64,000 bases of DNA from a virus (lineage: Duplodnaviria; Caudoviricetes): the IMG/VR virus record IMGVR_UViG_3300050151_000071, positions 11,923 to 75,922 of that record; one strand, written 5' to 3'. This document shows positions 1 to 7,911 of this stretch, piece after piece. The notes under the pieces are model-generated. The model had not been told where the DNA came from. It did not search any database and saw only the letters and a program-made list of their open reading frames with translations. The translations under genes were made by a program, and so were the position numbers. How positions within the stretch are numbered: position 1 is the first letter of the stretch; every line of letters begins with the position of its first letter.

Positions 1-343
1 AGCTGCTCGAAGATCTAAACGAAGAAGATGAACTCGGCTTGTAAGTCGAGGGCTTGTAGCTGGACGTAGAAGGCTTCGACAGATTGAACGAAGACGTCTG
101 ACGAGGAGCTGGTTTCGGTGCAGCCTGAACGATCACCGTACGCTTGTGAATCACAGTCGTCGGTTGAACCTGGGGTTGCACATAGTTCGGACTACCATAA
201 CCATATGGAGAGTACGGATAGGGAGGACCAAGACCAACTGGACGAGGCGCCGGAGCGGTATAAACCACCGTCTGAGGCCTGGGTTGTTCGCAGCCGGCGA
301 GCATCACTGCAACAGCAACGGCTCCTAGAGCAATATACTTCAT
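1..343 (-). CDS. Lipoprotein, Pro/Ser-rich (runs off the window start)
   Basis: Manual translation MKYIALGAVAVAVMLAGCEQPRPQ... has a lipobox (LAGC) and an AGGAA RBS; open frame to position 1; not in the ORF track. Confidence 0.75.
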   Translation of the reverse strand, partial: MKYIALGAVAVAVMLAGCEQPRPQTVVYTAPAPRPVGLGPPYPYSPYGYGSPNYVQPQVQPTTVIHKRTVIVQAAPKPAPRQTSSFNLSKPSTSSYKPSTYKPSSSSSFRSSSS

Positions 344-366
344 GGTATTTCCTTTGTAAACCATTT

Positions 367-483
367 TGGTGCCTCCAGTAGGACTTTCACCTACATCTCC
401 CTCTGTCGCTAGGGCAGTACTACTTCCCATGTGTCCGAGGTTTTTATATTAACCCCGCTAAGGGCTTTTTAAACTACAGAGGC
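367..483 (-). ncRNA. tRNA-like RNA with expanded D-region
   Basis: Acceptor GCCTCTG/TGGAGGC + A + CCA; T-arm GTAGG-TGAAAGT-CCTAC; ~50-nt insert in the D-loop position; promoter directly upstream. Confidence 0.7.
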
Positions 484-489
484 AAACAT

Positions 490-518
490 ATATTAGATCA
501 AGTCGAAGAAAAGATCAA
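490..518 (-). promoter_or_regulatory. Sigma70-like promoter
   Basis: TTGATC-17 nt-TAATAT; predicted start site falls at about 483, the 5' end of the tRNA-like RNA. Confidence 0.6.
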
Positions 519-902
519 CGATCTTTTTTGTGGAATGTTGAACTTAAAGGCAGGATGGTTGTACATTCCACCGTATCCTCGGCTACCCTGAAGGTCATTC
601 ATGTTACTCCACACTCGACTATAAGCACTCTTCCGGTCCCTCTCGGACACTTCATCCTTAAAGTTACCGTATTGAATGCTCTCAGCTTGTCCAGCAATTG
701 CTTTGACAACAACGTTGCGAGGAATCAGCGCCCTGAAAGCGTAATCTCTTTGGGGCGTAAAGGAGACTGAGGCATCCGGAAACACCTTCTCAATATCTCC
801 TTTTACACGGCCCCGGACCATCAACAGGTCATCTTTAGCGGCCGATGTATTGGGAGTTGGTGCTACAATACTCAGGAACGAGTTGGGTAGAAAGATCCAC
901 AT
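498..902 (-). CDS. Conserved hypothetical phage protein
   Basis: 134-aa ORF; the MWIFLPNSFLSIV N-terminus resembles a common phage family. Confidence 0.7.
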   Translation of the reverse strand: MWIFLPNSFLSIVAPTPNTSAAKDDLLMVRGRVKGDIEKVFPDASVSFTPQRDYAFRALIPRNVVVKAIAGQAESIQYGNFKDEVSERDRKSAYSRVWSNMNDLQGSRGYGGMYNHPAFKFNIPQKRSLIFSST

Positions 903-1163
903 TTACTCTATAAGCCTCTCTACTTCTTTACGTCGTTCTTGGTCTTGTATGAACAACTCTCCGACTGCTGTAGCAGCCTTCTTTGTTGGGTGGTTGCTTC
1001 GTGCTGTGAAACCCTGAACTCGCCAGGGCTTCTTATCATTGAAGGGATCTTTCCACACTTCTCCCAGCTTTCTGGGAGTTGCGTCATCTTCCTCTCGCCA
1101 ACGACGTTCGAAGCTATTCAACGTCGTTGATTGATATCTTGGTAGCGATACCACTCCATCCAC
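903..1163 (-). CDS. Hypothetical protein
   Basis: ORF abutting its neighbours in the minus-strand operon; start uncertain. Confidence 0.5.
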   Translation of the reverse strand: MDGVVSLPRYQSTTLNSFERRWREEDDATPRKLGEVWKDPFNDKKPWRVQGFTARSNHPTKKAATAVGELFIQDQERRKEVERLIE

Positions 1164-1359
1164 CTGGATTGGATTCGCATTGGCTAGCCAAATCAGGATC
1201 CCAGAGATTTACGTAAGCAATATAGTTGTTGCCAAACGCAACAATTCTGGCCCGGAGCATACCCTTGTATGTTACAGTTTCGCCAATCGAATAGCCATAA
1301 GCTGATTCGACGCCATCGTAGTCTTGGGACTCATCGTCATCGTCAATTTGACTCATCAT
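1114..1359 (-). CDS. Hypothetical protein
   Basis: 81-aa ORF with upstream GGAG RBS. Confidence 0.6.
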   Translation of the reverse strand: MMSQIDDDDESQDYDGVESAYGYSIGETVTYKGMLRARIVAFGNNYIAYVNLWDPDLASQCESNPGGWSGIATKISINDVE

Positions 1360-1419
1360 ACTCTTACTCCATTCACAAAGTGTATAATAGAAGAATTTTA
1401 GATGGAAATCAACAGTTTT

Positions 1420-2295
1420 TTACGAGACGAACATTCCACACGAGGCTTTAACATCGAAGCCTACTCGGGGTACAATTCGGCTATTTGGGTTCTGAAAGGC
1501 TTTGTTCAAGTAGTCAAACGCTTCTTGAAGTACTTCTTCAGATGGTTCACAACCTTGAGCTGGAGAATATGGATTATACCGTACTAGATTGAACTTAACG
1601 TTAAGTCCTCGACTAGTAACAGCATCCACGATTTCATCGAGTGTACCAAAATCATCATTCTGGTCTTCTATGAACGACCAGTGTAGTGCAATCTCATTAC
1701 CAGTTATTACTTGATATTCAGCTAGCTTATCCAAAGCTTTTGCAGGATCCATTGCCTTAGGTAGCCAACGCTTTCTGAACTCTGGATCCAGACTGTACAA
1801 GCTGTAATACAGTTGTGTGTCTTTTTCGTGCCCAATGATTTTATGAAGCTTTCTGTGCTCCATCTCGTGTGGCATAATAGTGCTGATATTGAACTTCTGC
1901 TCATGCACACCATATATTATGGCTATGTTACGGAGATAACTCTTTAGAGAGAACCAAGGGCGAGTCTTGTATATCACTTCGTTCGCTAGCGGTTCGCCGC
2001 GAGCCATGAAGTTAAAGTTAACTCGTTTAGCAGGGTTACCCAGCTGATGGTAATGTTTAAACACCAGATTAGCTTGTTCAGCGTATTCATCGATGGATGC
2101 TGGCTTCATGGTTGTTTGCTTGGTCTGTGTTAAGTGACAGAATCTACAAGCCTTATTACAACCGGTGTGACTACTCAGATAGCAAATGAAGTAGTCTTCT
2201 TCCCTGCGAACGTATCTCGATTCAAATGCACCACCATCTGGTGTACGTTTGACAAAGTTTACGCTCGCGTCTTCTTTAGAATATAATGTTTCCAT
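1420..2295 (-). CDS. RlmN/Cfr-like radical SAM (class A) methyltransferase
   Basis: ICYLSSHTGCNKACRFC (CxxxCxxC plus upstream Cys), MARGEP (equivalent to MGMGEP), C-terminal DVKASCGMF (equivalent to DIxAACGQL). Confidence 0.85.
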   Translation of the reverse strand: METLYSKEDASVNFVKRTPDGGAFESRYVRREEDYFICYLSSHTGCNKACRFCHLTQTKQTTMKPASIDEYAEQANLVFKHYHQLGNPAKRVNFNFMARGEPLANEVIYKTRPWFSLKSYLRNIAIIYGVHEQKFNISTIMPHEMEHRKLHKIIGHEKDTQLYYSLYSLDPEFRKRWLPKAMDPAKALDKLAEYQVITGNEIALHWSFIEDQNDDFGTLDEIVDAVTSRGLNVKFNLVRYNPYSPAQGCEPSEEVLQEAFDYLNKAFQNPNSRIVPRVGFDVKASCGMFVS

Positions 2296-2305
2296 AACGA
2301 AACCT

Positions 2306-2343
2306 AAAAAGAAAAAGAGGGTTAGGTAAACCTAAACCCTCTT
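2306..2343 (-). terminator. Rho-independent terminator
   Basis: AAGAGGGTT/AACCCTCTT stem followed by a T-run on the minus strand. Confidence 0.7.
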
Positions 2344-2345
2344 AA

Positions 2346-2414
2346 TTAAGCACGCTGCGGAATTAGCGTGCAGAACAAAGCTGCGAAATACGCAACCACT
2401 GCTGCAATAAGCAT
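2346..2414 (-). CDS. 22-aa hydrophobic peptide
   Basis: GGAGG RBS, MLIAAVVAYFAALFCTLIPQRA*, flanked by a promoter and a terminator. Confidence 0.6.
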   Translation of the reverse strand: MLIAAVVAYFAALFCTLIPQRA

Positions 2415-2448
2415 TAATAGCCTCCTTTGCTTGATTAACAATGACGCT

Positions 2449-2477
2449 ATTATCTATCTTAATGGGCGTTAGATCAA
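2449..2477 (-). promoter_or_regulatory. Sigma70-like promoter
   Basis: TTGATC-17 nt-GATAAT. Confidence 0.6.
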
Positions 2478-2522
2478 CGCCCCTACGGCAGAAAAATGCC
2501 GTGGCACGGCAGAAATTTCTTA

Positions 2523-2882
2523 TTACTTACTTGTAAACTTCTTCAAACCTTCATACAGAGCAGAGAGATTGAGTTGTCTCTTCTGGTACTCTGTATAGTT
2601 CCCGTAATATTCCCAACAACTATCGGTGCTGTAGCTGTACAAACCTTCACGTTGAAGTTTACGATATTCCATAAAGGTACAATCAGGGTGTACAATTTCT
2701 AGGATTTGATCTAACGAGTCGTCTTCAGGTTCAGGTTCCGCTGAAACAGGTTGGTCAGCATTATTGCCCCAGCAATCTCCGCCTTCCATTCCACCTATAC
2801 GCCAAGTGCGCTCAAGGTACACATCAAGCTTATTCACTAAATCTTCAAACTCTTCGTATGTATCAGGCAACTTCATTTGCAA
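2523..2882 (-). CDS. Hypothetical protein
   Basis: 119-aa ORF in operon context. Confidence 0.65.
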   Translation of the reverse strand: MQMKLPDTYEEFEDLVNKLDVYLERTWRIGGMEGGDCWGNNADQPVSAEPEPEDDSLDQILEIVHPDCTFMEYRKLQREGLYSYSTDSCWEYYGNYTEYQKRQLNLSALYEGLKKFTSK

Positions 2883-3099
2883 TATCCTGCAATAGTGCTG
2901 GGTTTAAATCATTGACTATAATGAGACGACTTGGGTATACTAATGGGACTTTAGATGTGCCCAAGTATACAGCACCATTCTTAATTTCCCGTACCGCAAT
3001 TAACTCAACAAAGCAAGACATGCCTGACTTGTAAGCTCTTGCTACAACTTGGCCAGGTTCAAGCTCACGCTGGTATTTGTCTACGGGAATCGTCGTCAT
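2863..3099 (-). CDS. Hypothetical protein
   Basis: Start placed at MTTIPVDKYQ, just after the stop of the upstream membrane ORF. Confidence 0.65.
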   Translation of the reverse strand: MTTIPVDKYQRELEPGQVVARAYKSGMSCFVELIAVREIKNGAVYLGTSKVPLVYPSRLIIVNDLNPALLQDIANEVA

Positions 3100-3100
3100 G

Positions 3101-3259
3101 TTAGCTAATGTATTGTGTAAAGATATATGCTGCAGCAACTACGATAGCTAGTACTTGGATCAAACGCTTTGGTACTTCAGGGAATGGTAGTAGATCACAA
3201 GCCCAGACGATCAGGGCGAGAACTACAAGGATTAAAACGACGGCAAAAATGGTAGTCAT
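3101..3259 (-). CDS. Small two-helix membrane protein (52 aa)
   Basis: AGGAG RBS; MTTIFAVVLILVVLALIVWACDLLPFPEVPKRLIQVLAIVVAAAYIFTQYIS; not in the ORF track. Confidence 0.75.
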   Translation of the reverse strand: MTTIFAVVLILVVLALIVWACDLLPFPEVPKRLIQVLAIVVAAAYIFTQYIS

Positions 3260-3292
3260 TGACTACTCCTTAAAAATTGCATTTTATAATAA

Positions 3293-3433
3293 TGGTATTC
3301 ATCGCCAGGGTGCCCCGTTCCTGGATCTCTTCGATGGGCCCCACAGGGCCTGTACAAGCCCCGAGAAGGTTACCACCTACTTTACCATCCAATAAAGGTG
3401 GTGTATGAGGAGGCCGTTCTCACCTCGATGAAT
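3293..3433 (-). ncRNA. 141-nt structured RNA ending in ACCA (tRNA mimic)
   Basis: Terminal stem ATTCATCG/CGATGAAT + ACCA; T-arm-position hairpin CCAGG/CCTGG; internal ACCACCT/AGGTGGT arm. Confidence 0.6.
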
Positions 3434-3516
3434 TATGATAGCTCTGACACCCTTCTAAGCGTTGTCAGACTTCCGGAAGAGGTTACAACCACAGGGACCT
3501 CTACACTGATTAGTAC

Positions 3517-3667
3517 TCTACAGGACTGGGCGCCAATCCAGCTCGCTCCGTTTCAACTACTGCTTGCGCATCTGACGGGAACCCCATCAGAATCTTGTTG
3601 CTCGCCCCCTCCTACCGGCCCTGGACGAGTTAGGTTTGTTGACCCAAGCTAAGGGGTCCTCTGTAGA
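3517..3667 (-). ncRNA. ~150-nt structured RNA
   Basis: Terminal TCTACAG/CTGTAGA stem; CTGATGGG/CCCGTCAG hairpin; CTGG/CCAG hairpin next to the 3' strand. Confidence 0.5.
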
Positions 3668-3674
3668 ATTAGAT

Positions 3675-3760
3675 TAACGATCAAGGCTTATCACACGCCT
3701 AACATTTAACTCTACGGCCTTCTGTCATTAGGTGACAAATGTAGAGCACCACGATCGTTA
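3675..3760 (-). ncRNA. 86-nt multibranch RNA directly downstream of tRNA(CAT)
   Basis: TAACGATC/GATCGTTA closing stem; CTCTAC/GTAGAG; TGTCA/TGACA; AGGC/GCCT. Confidence 0.5.
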
Positions 3761-3761
3761 T

Positions 3762-3838
3762 TGGGTGCGAGAGACCGGATTCGAACCGATGACCTTTTGC
3801 TTATGAGGCAAACGAGCTGTCCACTGCTCCACTCCGCA
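3762..3838 (-). tRNA. tRNA with CAT anticodon (Met or Ile2)
   Basis: Cloverleaf; anticodon arm TTTGC-CTCATAA-GCAAA; T-loop TTCGAAT; CCA encoded; one extra nt in the 3' acceptor strand. Confidence 0.85.
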
Positions 3839-3872
3839 ACTTGTATGCCTATTCAGGCAAAATTTCGTATTG

Positions 3873-4439
3873 CTATTTAGCATCCTTCCACTGATGGGAA
3901 CGATACTTTTTCCAACTTTTATCACCCCAAGGCTTGGGCTTATCGTCCCAAGCAGTAGGGAGGTTAGAGCGCTTTCGAGCTCCTCGAACCTTGATGCCAT
4001 AATCATTCATATCATCGTCGTAGTTATCAGCGAAATCGTTTTCGGTGATTTCAGCCTTAGTGCTGATGCGCTGACAATAACGACGAGAAGCCTTGTAGCA
4101 GTGAATGCCTTCAACAGGACCTTGGCGAAACTTGAAGTACTTACGACGACGATAACTTTTAACAGGAAGTTGTTGGCGAACTTCTTCGATCTTCCAGTTG
4201 GGAATCAGCATTCCGAATTCGTCGACAAATGCGACGCGACGCGGAGGGTAATAGCGACCAGTAGGAACAGGATCGAAACTGTAAAGTTGGTTCAGTTGTT
4301 CGACGACTTTGATACCATCAGCGTAGTAAGTGCCACTGTAAGCATAACGAACAGCGTCTTCGATGTTATCATAGTGCGTGACAACACTACCGTAGTGCAC
4401 GCTCACGGAACGAATCTCGCTCCAGTCTTTCTTTTTCAT
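3873..4439 (-). CDS. Conserved hypothetical phage protein
   Basis: 188 aa; C-terminal LPTAWDD...SWKKYRSHQWK motif seen in many phage proteins. Confidence 0.75.
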   Translation of the reverse strand: MKKKDWSEIRSVSVHYGSVVTHYDNIEDAVRYAYSGTYYADGIKVVEQLNQLYSFDPVPTGRYYPPRRVAFVDEFGMLIPNWKIEEVRQQLPVKSYRRRKYFKFRQGPVEGIHCYKASRRYCQRISTKAEITENDFADNYDDDMNDYGIKVRGARKRSNLPTAWDDKPKPWGDKSWKKYRSHQWKDAK

Positions 4440-4523
4440 TTTGCTTTCTCATTAAGGTGAATACCTTAACGATAAGCATCATCTACGATCGTAGCCATTA
4501 CTTGTTTCTCCAATTACTCCACC

Positions 4524-4552
4524 AATATATACAGTCTGAAATAAAAGATCAA
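4524..4552 (-). promoter_or_regulatory. Sigma70-like promoter
   Basis: TTGATC-17 nt-TATATT. Confidence 0.55.
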
Positions 4553-4560
4553 CAGCTTTT

Positions 4561-5727
4561 TTAGCTTCTTTTCAAAAACGTCAGACTCTTAGATGCTCTG
4601 GTTGCTGCCGTATAACGCCAGCGTTGTGAATCTTGTTTGAACACTCCACCATCATCTAAAACAGTAACATCGTCCCATTCGGAACCTTGCGATTTATGGC
4701 AAGTTAGAACATATCCCCAATCGAACTCTTGCGCTTTACCCATCTTATAGGGCTTGGCAACAGTTGAGTCAAAATGTTGTTCAAACAGGTATGGATTAAC
4801 GTTGAGATTCTTGATATGATTTACTAGGTCGTCCATCTTCAAGTCAAGCAAGATATTCGTTGCCTTGCCACGACGAGGGTTTTTTGGTTCTCCTAAGAGT
4901 GTACCAAACGAACCATTAAAGATGCCAAGTTGCTTATCATTCTTACAACAGATAAGTCGTTCACCTTTTTGAGGCAGATATGAATCAAAGCCACGCCTCT
5001 TTCTTATCCGTTGTGTGTGACCCCAACGATTAACATGTGTACCACAAATAGCTTGAGTTTCTTCACGATACATCCAACGAGCTGTTAGCTCTGGAGTAGT
5101 ACGTAGGACTCGAGTTACGTTGCCTTCCGAATCGGTAGCTTCACCAACTGGAACATCCTTACCTTTACGAAGCAAGGTAGCGATACGAATGATCGGACTA
5201 TCAAGAGCTTGACGGTGGACTTCAGTTAGGAATACATCAGGCTTACGTGCTGTCCAATATCCTAAGCCACTTACAGGAGGAAGCTGTCCCGGATCGCCCA
5301 TAACAAGAATCTTCTTACCGTATGATTCTGCATCCATACCAAGCTCTTCATTGATCATGGAGCACTCGTCTCCAAGTATCAAATCAGCATCAGCAAATGG
5401 TGCATCTTTTTGCAAAGCGAATTCTACATTACCGTATTCGTCTTGCATTGGAATGTACATGCCTGAGTGGAATGTACAAGAGTTGGGATTGCCCTTCTGT
5501 CTAAGCACGTTAGCAGCTTTACCAGTGAAAGCTGCTGTAATAACGTTGAATCCACTTTCACGAGCCAGTTCATCGACTACGAACTTCGCAATCGTTGATT
5601 TACCAGTTCCCGCAAATCCAGCCAGATAAAACGTCTGTTTTGTCTTACGACCCCCTTTATACCACTGCACTACTTCTTTAATAGCTTGAGCTTGAGCATC
5701 AGAGGGGGTTACCTCTTTATGTGCCAA
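4561..5727 (-). CDS. dda: Dda/RecD-like SF1B DNA helicase
   Basis: Walker A GFAGTGKST, DECSM, GDPGQLPPV, LTEVHRQ, CHKSQGSEW, YTAATRA. Confidence 0.88.
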   Translation of the reverse strand: MAHKEVTPSDAQAQAIKEVVQWYKGGRKTKQTFYLAGFAGTGKSTIAKFVVDELARESGFNVITAAFTGKAANVLRQKGNPNSCTFHSGMYIPMQDEYGNVEFALQKDAPFADADLILGDECSMINEELGMDAESYGKKILVMGDPGQLPPVSGLGYWTARKPDVFLTEVHRQALDSPIIRIATLLRKGKDVPVGEATDSEGNVTRVLRTTPELTARWMYREETQAICGTHVNRWGHTQRIRKRRGFDSYLPQKGERLICCKNDKQLGIFNGSFGTLLGEPKNPRRGKATNILLDLKMDDLVNHIKNLNVNPYLFEQHFDSTVAKPYKMGKAQEFDWGYVLTCHKSQGSEWDDVTVLDDGGVFKQDSQRWRYTAATRASKSLTFLKRS

Positions 5728-5732
5728 AACTA

Positions 5733-6005
5733 TTACTTGTAGTACGAGCCGTAACGGTTTGTGCTATCGTTGAATAGCGTGATGGTAGTTCCACGTTCAG
5801 CTAAACAAGCTCTAATGCTTTCAGCCTTATCAGACCATCCGTTATCGTCTGGATAATCACCATCTCGAACGACGCCCTCGTCCAACATGACCCTCATGCC
5901 TGCTGCACGAAGAGCGTCTTCGATGATTTTGGTAACTGCTGTTTTACCTGAGTGTGCTGATCCTTGGATTCTAATTTCTAGAGTTTTTGCCCAATCAAGC
6001 GACAT
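5733..6005 (-). CDS. Hypothetical protein
   Basis: 90-aa ORF in operon context. Confidence 0.6.
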   Translation of the reverse strand: MSLDWAKTLEIRIQGSAHSGKTAVTKIIEDALRAAGMRVMLDEGVVRDGDYPDDNGWSDKAESIRACLAERGTTITLFNDSTNRYGSYYK

Positions 6006-6039
6006 ATAGCTTTTCCATTTTTATCTAAGTATAACGATT

Positions 6040-6738
6040 GTGCCTTTCAAGGAGAAAAGCTTGTTTAATTGTAAAGTTTGTAGTGTTGAAGTCAAAACTA
6101 GTAAAGAGATGTGTAAAAGCTGTTCGCTTAAACTAGCATATTCTGAGGGAAGAGTTAAGGATAAACGTGGAGCAAACAACCCAGCTTTTGGTACTACCAT
6201 CACATCTAGATTGATTAACAAATATGGAGAAGTTGAAGGTGTTCAAAAACTCGACACATGGAAAAATAAACAATCAATAGCTAAGACAGGAGAGTTGAAC
6301 CCCAGTTATGGTAAATTATACGAGAACGGAGGAAGATCCATTAAAGGGTGGTATAAGGGTTTATTTTTCCGTAGTACGTATGAGTTAGCTTTTGTGATCG
6401 ATTTTGAAACAAAACATAAGAAGCTCCCACACAGTGCTGAAAACAAAATTGTGATACCCTTGAATAACGGTAGAACATATACTCCAGATTATTTCTATGA
6501 AAATGTGATATATGAAATAAAACCAAAACGATTATTAATCACACTAAGTGTACAAGACAAAACAACTGCTGCTAATATCTTTTGCAGAGAGCACAATCAA
6601 GTGTATATGGTTATAACAGAATCAGATCTGAGTTCTCTTCCAGTTGAATGGAAGCGTGCTAGCTGGATAAAAGCGCTACTGGAAGAGAACTTAATTACGT
6701 TAACCAACTACTCCATGAGTAAACTTGGAATTAGCTAG
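6040..6738 (+). mobile_element. Free-standing endonuclease: NUMOD3-like repeats plus TnsA-like PD-(D/E)XK domain
   Basis: RGANNPAFG and KTGELNPSYGK repeats; FRSTYE, YTPDYF, YEIKP motifs; opposite strand to its neighbours. Confidence 0.7.
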
Positions 6739-7263
6739 AATACGTTTTCCCCTTGCATTCAGATGCTTCCACTTCGACTTAAATGAAATCGAAGCTATCC
6801 CTCCAAACATAGAGGCATTTGCATGTATTTCAGCTAGACCCGTTAGTAGCAACGTTGCAGCTTGTCCTCGTTCAGCAAAACGAACACATTCTTCTGCTGA
6901 CAACAGATGAACATCCATGTCCATTCTTATTAGCTCAGCTATTTCAAAGTCATCCGAATGCTCTAACCATGTTTCATAGGATACTTTAGCGTGATTTGGA
7001 AAACGTCGTTTTCCATCTTCTCCGACCACTAAGCATCTTGGTTTTCCCGCGTCGTGGTACAAATGATATAGAGCAATCTTCTCGCGATCCATCAGATTGG
7101 TGAGCAGGAGCTCTTTGTACTCCTCCAGCCATTCAGGCATACGCCATTCGAATTGCAGAGGAGTGTCATGCTCGAGATGATTCACAAGATCATTGAAGTA
7201 ATCTCGGACCATCTCACCGTGCTGATAAATCGACATCCCTTGAGTTTGTAAGCACTCATGCAT
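6700..7263 (-). CDS. HD-domain phosphohydrolase
   Basis: QHG...YHDAGKP...PNHA...DMDVH pattern. Confidence 0.8.
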   Translation of the reverse strand: MHECLQTQGMSIYQHGEMVRDYFNDLVNHLEHDTPLQFEWRMPEWLEEYKELLLTNLMDREKIALYHLYHDAGKPRCLVVGEDGKRRFPNHAKVSYETWLEHSDDFEIAELIRMDMDVHLLSAEECVRFAERGQAATLLLTGLAEIHANASMFGGIASISFKSKWKHLNARGKRILANSKFTHGVVG

Positions 7264-7353
7264 GGGACCATCGAGTTGTTCTTGATTGCGGATCTACGTC
7301 ATTTGTTTAGTCTCCTGATTGAAATTGTAGTATATCGTCATTTAAGACGATAG

Positions 7354-7911
7354 TCAACGGGCTAACACTTCTTTAAAGATAGGAAGCATCATATCTTCTG
7401 GTAAGGATGTTCTCTTCACGAAGAAGTCAATGTTCTTCAAATAAGAACACATAGTTCCATCCTCTAAATGAGAATTCCTATACACCAAATCCTCAACATC
7501 AACCAAGTCTTGGTGAGCTTTAATTCTCAAAGGTACCGAATGTCTATCGGTTTGCAAAATGCGTTGAGCAATGGCAACAGCGTGACCCTCAACGATATCA
7601 GTGTCTAGCACCACTACATTTGGAGCTAGCAAAGGTACATCGGGCGAGATGTTGATTCGCCGAGATACAACGTCTCCTCGAGTGTTGAATACTCTGGAAA
7701 CTTGCATATACGGGATGTTAAACTTTTCAGCAAGGTGTTTATCAATGCTAACAGGGACTCCACCAACATAGTTGAAGTCTTTAAGAGTTAGATTGGTGTG
7801 ATCAACTTCTACAGCTACCAGTTCGGTTAGCATATTGATCAGGTTGACTATTCGCTTTTGTAGCGGTACGAGTTCAGGGGTATAACACCGAACGAGGATT
7901 TCTGTTTTCAT
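7354..7911 (-). CDS. Phosphoribosyltransferase-like protein (tentative)
   Basis: VVVLDTDIVEGHAV resembles the type I PRTase PRPP-binding loop; overlaps the upstream adenylyltransferase. Confidence 0.45.
   Translation of the reverse strand: MKTEILVRCYTPELVPLQKRIVNLINMLTELVAVEVDHTNLTLKDFNYVGGVPVSIDKHLAEKFNIPYMQVSRVFNTRGDVVSRRINISPDVPLLAPNVVVLDTDIVEGHAVAIAQRILQTDRHSVPLRIKAHQDLVDVEDLVYRNSHLEDGTMCSYLKNIDFFVKRTSLPEDMMLPIFKEVLAR

Noticed and set aside
118-381. Plus-strand ORFs 118..381 and 146..328
   Set aside because: They are antisense shadows of the minus-strand lipoprotein, which has the RBS and lipobox
3398-3652. Plus-strand 84-aa ORF in the structured RNA array
   Set aside because: No RBS or motif; the region is better explained by minus-strand RNA stems
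3293-3760. tmRNA, RNase P RNA or group I/II intron
   Set aside because: No GGTTCGA T-loop with a tag frame, no GAGGAAAGTCC core, and no P/Q/R/S or domain V motifs found
3870-4460. 196-aa plus-strand ORF
   Set aside because: Antisense to a recognisable conserved gene; typical shadow ORF. The same applies to most other plus-strand ORFs in the track
4440-4500. 10-codon ORF MATIVDDAYR with RBS
   Set aside because: Too short and with no supporting features
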